Assembly: GCA_023334545.1 (NCBI GenBank)
Contig: JAADVB010000114.1
Span: forward strand, 1-56,121
DNA length: 56,121 bases
DNA from: Salisapilia sapeloensis CBS 127946
Taxonomy: Eukaryota > Protista > Oomycota
Direction of reading: 5' to 3'
The position numbers were made by a program, and so were the translations under genes. This document shows positions 47,311 to 56,121 of the stretch, one piece after another; position 1 is the first letter of the stretch; the number at the start of each line of letters is the position of its first letter. Below the pieces are notes generated by a model. The model was given only the letters and a program-made list of their open reading frames with translations. It was not told the origin of the DNA and did not search any database.

Positions 47311-49042
47311 CTATGGATAGTCTGAGTAGTCAAACTGGAGTGTCGGGTCCATACCTATGTCACGCACAAATTAGTTTCTGTACTTCAAATATGCTGATCT
47401 GAATACAGGAAATAGGCATACCAAAGTGTGGATATGGAAACTGTGTCACAGACACAAGAATTAGGACTGATCTTGCGACAACCACATGACCTTGTACTTC
47501 AAAGGTATAGCCAAGCAGCTTAAACGGACTAAATCCGAACTTCCATCGAATATACGTGGCGAATGCTATGAAGGAAAGAAGCTCGAATCCACCGTATAAA
47601 GCGATACTACCGATAGAGCTGTAAAGTGTGTCTTCGGTTAAATGTCGAAAGTTGGCATGGTACTTGACGTTCGGCAAGTGAAACAGGGCCAGCATGTAAA
47701 TGATATAAATGAAAGGCACCATAAACTCTACATACTCTAGCGACGCCAAGTATTCACATCGAAAGAGCAGAGATTGTGTTTGCTGTAAGAGCATAGATTT
47801 GTCATTGTCTGTCATGATCACCTGGTCTTCACTGCTTGAGTTTCTACGCTCATTACGATGAACTTCTTGATATTCCTTGCTGTTAATTTCATTTAGCATT
47901 GGAGAAAATGGAGCGATGGATGTCTCTTTCGCTGGATGCCGAGAAGTAGATAGTTTAGGCTTCCCAGAAAGTTCGTGCTTCTTTGTGGGCAGGGGGTATA
48001 TTTTACTCCTCTTACATTCGTGCACCTCCTTCTTCGACGCTTGGACTCCACTTGTAAATGACGCGTTTGATTGGTGTGGAACATATTCGAGTACCATGGA
48101 CAATAGATCCTTGTGCTGATGACAATTTATCTTGTTGCGCAGCTCGAGTACTTTTTGAGACGCTTGTTGAATCGAATAGAGCGACCACATCGAACTGAGT
48201 ACATCGAACAATATAAGTACCACAATGGTCCAAGATGACACGGCGGTCTGCATGGAGATGGAAACGTAAAATGCATTAAATAGCTCCACAGAGAAAATGG
48301 TGGCATGCACAATGTCTTTCGGCATGGATATAAAAAGGTTTGCAACTAAGTTTTTCATGGCAATCTTGATGATGGGGAGAACAAGTACGAACACAGCTTG
48401 CTCCAAACCCTGAAGCCTGATAAACACTGAAGAGAAAGCTGGATAAACTACTAATAAAGCAGCTTGTGCAAGCATCAGCACTATGGTTGTTTCTGCAAAC
48501 GTCCGATATGTCATGGTATCCGACAAATTGAGCTGTATAAAAAAGTACGTGACTAATGGCGTAACGAATAGTGTCCCTACCATCGCTATAATTAGGAGGC
48601 AAAATGGGACCGGAAACATCCATCCATAGCCACAGAGCACAGCTATAGCTGTCTGCGTTGTCGTCGCTATGACGGATGTGAAAAGAACAACCCGTGACGA
48701 TACAAGATATCCCGAATGGGTTCCGAGAAGCTGAATGTAGCAGCAAATATGGCAGATGAATAGAAATCCAGGGAGGCGTAGATATAAGGTGTAGTTGTCT
48801 TTCCACCCTGCACTTGGAGATGCAAGTGGAATGCATTCCAGACCAAGTATGACGATCACTGCTGGTAGCGGTACTGCCAGAACATAACCGAGACTCTTCA
48901 TCCATGGCTTTTTAGAGTACTCTCGGAACGCTTGCAGTGCCTCCACAGAGTAGGCACCTTTACGCGATACTAGAAAGCGTATCCGAATTCTCTCTACCCT
49001 TTTCAAAATAGTAGTCTCGACTGATGGTATAGTAGTCCGCAT
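47311..49042 (-). CDS. Multi-pass transmembrane protein of an expanded oomycete family, 2 exons
   Basis: GAYSVEALQAF..VPLPAVIVILGLECIPLASPSAGWKDNY, IFSVELFNAFYVSISMQ and EYLASLEYVEFMVPFIY match my recollection of a Phytophthora/Pythium TM family. Intron 47421-47355 adds GMDPTLQFDYSDYP*. Confidence 0.82.
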
Positions 49043-50195
49043 ACAGCTCAGCAATGTAGACACCTACCGTGCCTTACTTCTTCTCGACGGCTTAAGATAA
49101 AAGCTCGAAATAAAATGCCTCGAAACGGTCGTTAAGTTCGAATAGGATTTTTGTTATCTACGAACAAATATATCTAAGAAGATTATACCATTACACGGCC
49201 CCATTCTGACCTTACTCGACACAAATAGGCAAATCGAATATTACTTCATTTATAAAACCCCATCCAGTCGTCGCCACATTCGACTCTCAATTGTAGAGCA
49301 TAGATAGTAGCTTTGGAAGTCAATATAAGCGTCAATCGTCAACAAACCTTCATTGTCAAAGTTTGCCAGATACTTACATTTTGATACTTCCATTTCGCAA
49401 GTACAATTTTGAAAGTACAAATAAAAGAAACGTTTAATTACGCAAATATTTTTTGTGATAAAGAATTTATTTATATTAAACTCATTGGAATCCTAATGGA
49501 ATCTCCTGCCGATATGACAAGTGTAAGAAGAACCTCCATTAAAGCCTGGCGATAGGATCTAGTGGTGGCCTTGCTCGAATAACTTCAAGATATATTTTAG
49601 ACCTTTGCGCTTTACGTACCAGTGATATTTCGTGTATCTTTATTCCTGAATGGCTTCATAGGATTGAAAGTTAATGTGCATCACTGCAAACTCGTGCAGC
49701 ATCCTAGAATTTGTCGGTTCATCCTTTTTATTGCAACTTCCTTAGACTTTATCATTTTTGCTATATGCAAAGCTCCTCCTTTTTACCCTTACATCAGGCG
49801 CTCCCATCTCTACGCAGTTCTACAACAGAAGCCCAAAGTGCCTACGATGTAAATAAAAGTAACTGCTTTCGTACAGGGATGAGAGCGCACGTTTCCCTTT
49901 TCCATGCTGCAGTTATGCATTTCCAAAAGGAACAAGATGGAAACTACCAGTCTCTCCAAGGAATTCCGTTCTAGTAGGTCTAGATTATAACACATCAATA
50001 GATACGTGATGAACCTCCCCCACCAGTCTCTCCAAGTATAACTGCCACAAACTCCACAACGGCATCCCAAGCGGGCTAGATTGTCGTTACCCTTGCACCT
50101 CTACCTGGGGTTACGCGCTTAAAACGGACGTGCCAAAAGCTATGCGATCCTTGGTCCAAGCGCACTACAAAGCCTTTCTGACGTGAACGAAGGAA

Positions 50196-51047
50196 ATGCC
50201 GGGAACACAAGCAGATGAGAGCAATCAGCCATGGGTGACACGACGCCCGAGCGACAAGGTAGCTCCTGAGCCACAGATGGACTCACCGACACCGGTCTCG
50301 CAAGAGCAACTGATGGCAGACATTGAGGTGCTCGTAGGTCACATTCATACGCTACAGGAAGAGCTAGGTCGAAAGCGAGGTGAAGTTGAGCAAGTTAATC
50401 AAGAAAACCGTGCGCTGCGCACGGAGATTATGTCACTAAAGGAGAAGGCCGGCCGTCTTCAGCAGAGCCAAGTGGCAGCGGAAACCCAGCGCGACCACTG
50501 GCAAGAGCAGTGTACTCGTGCCTTTAGTGTCCACGGCGAGTTGCTCGCGTCAATGAAAGAGCACGAGGAGCACAACAACACTCTCCAACGTACTTTGACT
50601 TCCGTCCGGCAAGAACACAAGAAGTCTCTTTCCGGGATAAGAAATGAGCGAGCGAAGAACCAGGACATGCGACGGAAACTTCGGCAGTCCCAGATACTTA
50701 CCGATCGTCTGCAAATAGTAACGCGAGAGCTCCAGACAGCACTTGCACATGAGTCGTACTTGCGAGAGAACGCTGTCATGGAGCGTCAGGAAGGACAGAG
50801 CCAGCTAGTTGACAGCCTCCGAAGAGACCTCATCTCGATGGAGTTCGAGTGTCAGACCGTCATATCCGATCGCGATCGTCTCCACGAGCAAGTGCAGGCG
50901 CTGGAACGTCAGCTAGGTGGAGATCCCGATCCCGTTCGCATCAGTCCTGTGCAGCCAAAGCCGAGTGTGCGCAAGGTCATGCATCGTCCACGACCGTCAG
51001 ACATCGAGTTCACGGACATCTTGCGCCTACCTAACGCAGTGGAATAA
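50196..51047 (+). CDS. Coiled-coil hypothetical protein
   Basis: 283-aa ATG-TAA ORF with long heptad-like E/Q/L/R-rich stretches. Confidence 0.72.
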   Translation: MPGTQADESNQPWVTRRPSDKVAPEPQMDSPTPVSQEQLMADIEVLVGHIHTLQEELGRKRGEVEQVNQENRALRTEIMSLKEKAGRLQQSQVAAETQRDHWQEQCTRAFSVHGELLASMKEHEEHNNTLQRTLTSVRQEHKKSLSGIRNERAKNQDMRRKLRQSQILTDRLQIVTRELQTALAHESYLRENAVMERQEGQSQLVDSLRRDLISMEFECQTVISDRDRLHEQVQALERQLGGDPDPVRISPVQPKPSVRKVMHRPRPSDIEFTDILRLPNAVE

Positions 51048-51125
51048 AGCAACTAGATAATGCAAATGCACGTATATTCTCTTATCCTTCGTCCGACGAG
51101 CAACGTACATAAGAAAATATAAAAG

Positions 51126-51920
51126 CTAGTCTTTTGCACTAGCAGCGATGACGTTCGCGTTGGACGACGTCAGTCGCTCTTGGTGGTCTTCCTCCGCGTA
51201 CTGCGTCATCTCCTCTTCTTCCTGCTGCGCATGACTCACATAGGACAGGTACGAGTTCCAGAAGAGACCTACGACATTCGAAAAGAGCACTTGGAGCGGC
51301 GCCGGGACGAAGCGAAAGTTAAAGAGCTGCGCTGGCACCCACACCGCCCAGTTCGTCTTAATAGCAGGCCACCAGTCGCTTTCAAGTTTCGCCGGAAGCT
51401 CATAAATCTTGCCTTCAAAGAGCATGATCATGCCGAAAAAGAATGGGAGCGACAGCGGCGCATAGGCTAGTTGGTCCGTCGCGAGTCGCTTCACGACGTT
51501 GCCCATGCGTGTACCTGGGAACCTCGTGTTGAGGAAGCCGTACCATCCGTGCAAGATGGGTGGAATGACCACACCACCAACAAACGTGAAGACAGCTGCA
51601 CGATGCTTGTTAAACGGCCCATGACTATTCTCCCCTTGCTCGACAAAGAGCTGGCATCCGACGTCACCTGCACCAGCAATGACAGACCCAGATGCAATCT
51701 TGGTCAAGATCGGGTGTTTCTCCAAGTAGTAGACGTACGTGTTCCATCCTCTCTTTAACGTTCGAAACCGCTGTCCCGTAACGAGAGCTGACTGGGCTTC
51801 GACGTGCCTGCCCGTCACCGTCGAGTTGGTCGGTGCAGGCGACTTGGACTTGCAACGCACTTGGGTCTGTGAGCGCTCGAGTCGCTGCAAGCGCATCCGT
51901 GTTAGCGGTCGGAGCATCAT
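51126..51920 (-). CDS. MPV17: Mpv17/PMP22-family membrane protein
   Basis: HPILTK..GAGDVGCQ, RLATDQLAYAP, NWAVWVPAQLFNFRFVP and NVVGLFWNSYLS. Arg-rich mitochondrial-type presequence. Confidence 0.88.
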   Translation of the reverse strand: MMLRPLTRMRLQRLERSQTQVRCKSKSPAPTNSTVTGRHVEAQSALVTGQRFRTLKRGWNTYVYYLEKHPILTKIASGSVIAGAGDVGCQLFVEQGENSHGPFNKHRAAVFTFVGGVVIPPILHGWYGFLNTRFPGTRMGNVVKRLATDQLAYAPLSLPFFFGMIMLFEGKIYELPAKLESDWWPAIKTNWAVWVPAQLFNFRFVPAPLQVLFSNVVGLFWNSYLSYVSHAQQEEEEMTQYAEEDHQERLTSSNANVIAASAKD

Positions 51921-52217
51921 GACGCCTTCTATCCAAATGAGGATCTCGTAGCTTCTGAAGCCAAGTCGGATCGGTTATGGGACATTCGCCCTGGTCCACT
52001 TTATCACCTCGACAGCTCCGTTCTCGAGCCTTCTTTCCATGTCGCGTCCGACGGTCGGCATCGGATCGATTACGGTCAATCAAATACGCTAGCAGACGAG
52101 TATCTGGTCGCATGGAGTAGAAAAAGTAGATGCAAGAGGTAGAAAATGGGAATAAAGACATTTAGACCGATTCAGATGGTAGTTTTGCGCACATTTGCAA
52201 TAGGACAGTAGAGTAGT

Positions 52218-53107
52218 ATGAGCCAAGGAGAGGGCGAAGCGGAGGCACCGCCAGAGCTCGTGGACGAGTTTCCGGCGCCGCCAAAGGTCTTTGCGCTTTA
52301 TAAGGATGGGGTCGAGAGCGGGCCCGCGCCGCCAGAGCCGATGGTGCCGACGTACCACCTCTTTGGAACGCCGTACAGCACGGAGGACGCCGTGCCGGAC
52401 TTGCTCCCGGACGAGTCCAAGAAGCTGTACAAGCCGTCTGGAGATGAGCTAGTGGACTACAAGGCTGAATTGAAAAAGCATGACTCGTAGACATCTTGCA
52501 GAGATGACAAACTAACGCATATGGACAGACTGAACCACTCGCTCTTGGCGAGCTTTGTCCAGCTCGTCGACGTCCTCATGCACAAGCCTGCCGCTTTCAA
52601 GTACGTTATCGCTACTAGATCTCCCGTACAGACACTCATCTACTATCCAGCTCCAAATTGGACGACATTGAGCTCCTGTTCCTGAACATGCACAACCTCA
52701 TCAACTCGTTCCGACCGCATCAAGTACGTTCCTCCTACATCTACCACCTCCTCTCTCTCACCTCCACATAGGCTCGAGAAACCATCATCCAGATGCTGCA
52801 GGATGAAGTCCAGGCACGGCAGGACGCCACGCACGACATTCGGCAGTACGTCTCCCATTCCTCCTCCTAAAGCACCATCCTAACGCCTAGTAGAACCATT
52901 GAAGACGCCAGGAAGGCTGTGGAGGAGAGCCATACCAACCTCTCACACACCTCCGAAGACATTGCCGAAGACGTAGAGATGGAGGCACCTGCCCAACCGT
53001 CTTCCCCGACAAAGGAACCGTCAGAACCTCGGGAAGAAGACGAGTCCCACGAGCTCCAAGAGCTCCAGACCTCCTTCTTCCAGTCCCTCCAAAACGTTTT
53101 AACATGA
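52218..53107 (+). CDS. MED7: Mediator complex subunit 7, 5 exons
   Basis: FPAPP..Y, PAPPEP..YHLFG, DYKAELKK|LNHSLL, LFLNMHNLINSFRPHQ|ARETIIQML. Confidence 0.92.
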
Positions 53108-53128
53108 AAATCTAGTTGCATTCCAAAG

Positions 53129-54267
53129 TTACAAGGCACCTTCCGTCGCCTGCACCTCCAGTCTGTCCTGCTTCCTCTGTCGATTCATCCCGTTCGCTCG
53201 ACTCGTCAACGCATCATTCAGAGCGTCGTACAATGGCTGCGCGCCTAATGGAGCAGGCTCCTCTCCTCGTAGCAAGTGCGATGCTCGAACCTGCTTCCCG
53301 TAGAAAATGTGGTTGGCCGCTGGTCGATCCAGGATCACGCTGCCTTCGAGCGAGACGCCGGCGAAGAAGCCTTTCGAGTGCGAGTACGAGTAGCACGGCG
53401 CGAGACCCATGTCCGAGCTGGCTTCCAGCCCGCCAGACACGGACCGACCGATCGGTCCTGCTGCGATCGACAGCTCACAGCCCAAGGACACTTGACCTCT
53501 AGAGCAAAAGGCCTCGACGGCCGTGTCCGTGTTTAATACGATGACGTAGTCGGTTACTTGTCCGCCGATCTGACCTCCCCATCCGCCGCCGAGTAGACCG
53601 ATGGCGGACGGTGCGGACCAGGAGCCGTCCTCGAGCTTGGAGATGACGAGGCCGGAGCCGACGCGACCGGAGAAGATGAAGCCTCCCTTGGCCACTGTGA
53701 GGAACGCCAGGCCCTTGGCGTTCGATATGAGAGGAAGCGGGATGGACATGTCCTTGATGATGCCTTCATAGAGGAAGTTGTGGACGCTGTACGCCGCCTT
53801 CCGGACCTCACCTCGAAGCGTTAGCGAGTATGGTAGGTTTAAGAAACGGTAGAGTCCGTCCGGATGGATCGAGTTCTCCTGCACTGCGTGGCTCATCTTT
53901 TGACCTGTGCATGCACCTCGTTAGGATCTACATCTACTAGGACGATTCAATGGACCTTACGGAGCTCTTCCTGCTGCTCCGCGAGCGTGTCGAAGCACTC
54001 GTCACATACGCGCTGCGGATTGCGTACGTCCACGGACACATAGTGGCTGTCCGGGTTCGTCAAGATGCTGTCGCCTGGGACGAGCGTGCTCTGGCTACTG
54101 CAATCGCTACAGAAGAGCAGACCGCAGTATCGGCAGTGGTGCTTGCGACGCACCCAGTCGAAGAGCAGGTCGCAGCCTGCGCACGTATTGCTTTCTTTAT
54201 CCTGGACCCACCGGACGGTCTTGGCCATTTCGTCGGCCGGCACAGCGAGCGGAACCTCTTCTTCCAT
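53129..54267 (-). CDS. FYVE + Ysc84/SYLF (SH3YL1-like) protein, 2 exons
   Basis: WVQD..CAGC..RKHHCRYCG..CSDC..RVCDEC (FYVE), then AKGLAFLTVAKGGF..WSAPSA..GFFAGVSLEG (SYLF). The intron uses the gtaagg donor after ELR. Confidence 0.92.
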
Positions 54268-55452
54268 GGGTGCGTAATCTGGAAATGAGAAAATATCTTC
54301 CTGCTCCCCACGTGGACACGCAGTCGCTCCACTCAAGCGTTTTGTATGGCGTCAAGAGGTAGATAGCCATCACGACTGGACGACGACAAGTTGAAGTGGA
54401 CGTCACGACGATGGGAAACGGACGACGCGCCTGGCTTGAGCTTGACGTGATACAGTGGACATGAACCTACCCGGCGTTCGGTTGTAGCTGTCGGTAACCT
54501 TCTTTACTATGTGACAGGTGGAGACAGTAGGAAGTACAAGTAGAGGAGTGGTTCAATAGGGAACTGTCGTAGAAACTTGGTTGATTTGCTACTGCATGAA
54601 CGTTCACGTATCGCTACGAAGCTACTAATGGTAGACTTGGATTATACTTGAGATTATCATTAGGTTATTGTTCACTTCGTGCTTGGTCGTGTTTCTGGAA
54701 GAAGTGAACGTGCAAGACGAGATGTTGACCATGGTAGGGTGGACGGTAGTTTAAAGCACTTTAAATGGTAGTCTAAATCATCAAAGGCCTATTGACTAGG
54801 CTGCAGTCAGGGTCGAGTTCCAAGTCCATGTGGGCCACAAGCGGTAGCTTCTTGTGCATCGCTCACAATCACGCTCGAGACTTTTCATAGTTCATGAGTA
54901 CAGTGTGCGGACGATCGGCTTCATTAAACTTCAGATCTGTAGCTCTTTGATCCAACATATGCAAGTGTTAGACGGATAGATGAATGTGGAAGAGGGGGGA
55001 CTGTCAACTGGATACAAATTGTCAAAATTGGCATGCTCATCATAACTCTGATTTTGTTTGGTGGCTCAGCTGCCAGGTATAAGGATGGACGCATCGAATT
55101 TCCTTTATCTTCACCATACCTTCATCATCCTCCTCGATAGCTTCCTCCGTCTCCTCTGAGGTCGAAACCAGGTTGGGAGGCGTCGAACACGCATTTTCCA
55201 GATCTTCTCCTAGATAATCTTCATATTTGCTCGACGCTTCGGAAAGCTACAGGCGGCTGAAAAGAGTCGAGTAGAGACGGGTAAGACTAGGTCCCACACG
55301 AAGCCAAGAATATTTTGTATCCCAGATCTTTCGATAACGACTGAAGCTAACAAGGCTGGCATCCTATAGGTCTTGCTTAGTTTGTTGCCGAGGTTGCAGT
55401 TCTTCGGTCTAGGCTTCGGTCGTCATAGTCTTGTAGTTGAAGCTGTCTTTGC

Positions 55453-55620
55453 GCTGAATACCGATTCGAGGAAATTGGAGATCCGCATTTTGTAGTGCTA
55501 TGCATGACAATCGAATCGGGCAATTCCGTGTTGAGAATCGCCGATCTTGCTTTGCCGCTCGCCATTGGAAACCGAACGAAACGCTTCAATATAACTTTCC
55601 TGCCAAATTACTAGTGCAAA
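55453..55620 (+). pseudogene. Frameshifted remnant homologous to the 36.9-37.1 kb decayed ORF
   Basis: Reads EYRFEEIGDPHFVVLCMTIESGNS(fs)ENRRSCFAARHWKPNETLQYNFPAK and aligns at roughly 70% nt identity (manual estimate) over about 150 nt. Confidence 0.55.
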
Positions 55621-56121
55621 AACAGGTGTGGTGCCCGCAATAGAGACGCCGCTTGATGTTGTTAATACATCTCGTCTCTCGTACTCTATCCTACGTTCAA
55701 ATTGAGGTTTCCGTTGCCGTACTCGCTGTAGCGTGATCCGTGTGAGATTTGCAACAGTTAGACAAGTTTCTATCGGAATAAATTCACGGGGTCTGCCGTT
55801 TTATATACCCTATCCGTATTGTATACCCTATCCTATTGAAGGGTGCGAAAGTCCATAATACGCAAAGACCTTCTCAACCTAATATGACCCGCAGACACGT
55901 AGCATATCACACAGACTAATATCTAGTTTTAGACTGTCATTTAACACACATTCGTACATAAAATAGATCGTTTAATTGGCAATATAGAAGGATATAGAAG
56001 GATATCTATTTTCCCAGAGTTCAGCTAAGACAAGTTTGATGGTACCCTCGTTGATTTATATGTAGTATTATTTTATACTACCGTGTACTAAATGGCAGGA
56101 CCCGTTGAAGGAAGCTATTGA

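Noticed and set aside
49600-50070. Kinase-like fragment (KGGALHIAKMIKSKEVAIKRM) on the minus strand
   Set aside because: A short resemblance only, surrounded by stops, with no HRD or DFG motifs.

Overview
Intron-rich eukaryotic nuclear DNA, most likely an oomycete (stramenopile). The basis is several gene families typical of oomycetes, 33-82 nt GT-AG introns and a flagellar inner-protein-like gene. I can build about 27 protein-coding genes, most of them spliced, so the ORF track fragments them. They include a DHHC palmitoyltransferase, Rap1/TERF2IP, a SET methyltransferase, a C2/C1/TM/PH protein, a propionyl-CoA synthetase, V-ATPase B, an hnRNP, a Kdo transferase (KdtA), adenosine kinase, a FAM166-like protein, Vps33, a RING protein, a PHD + triple-homeodomain protein, a 5'-3' exonuclease, enoyl-CoA hydratase 2, CBS, a tenascin-like EGF protein, Mpv17, Med7 and FYVE-Ysc84. 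GC-rich gene blocks alternate with AT-richer stretches holding a MITE-like element and decayed ORFs. I found no rRNA, tRNA or CRISPR array. The strongest unexplained signal is a pervasive TAG/CTA excess. About 80% of intron acceptors are TAG, Leu-CTA outnumbers CTG in one counted gene, TpA exceeds ApT in one counted intergenic stretch, repeat copies differ by CAG/TAG and TGG/TAG, and two decayed frames are broken only by TAG. Together these suggest a CpA-to-TpA (RIP-like or non-CG methylation/deamination) mutational process. That is an inference from manual counts in one window, not a demonstration. Exon coordinates are manual predictions.
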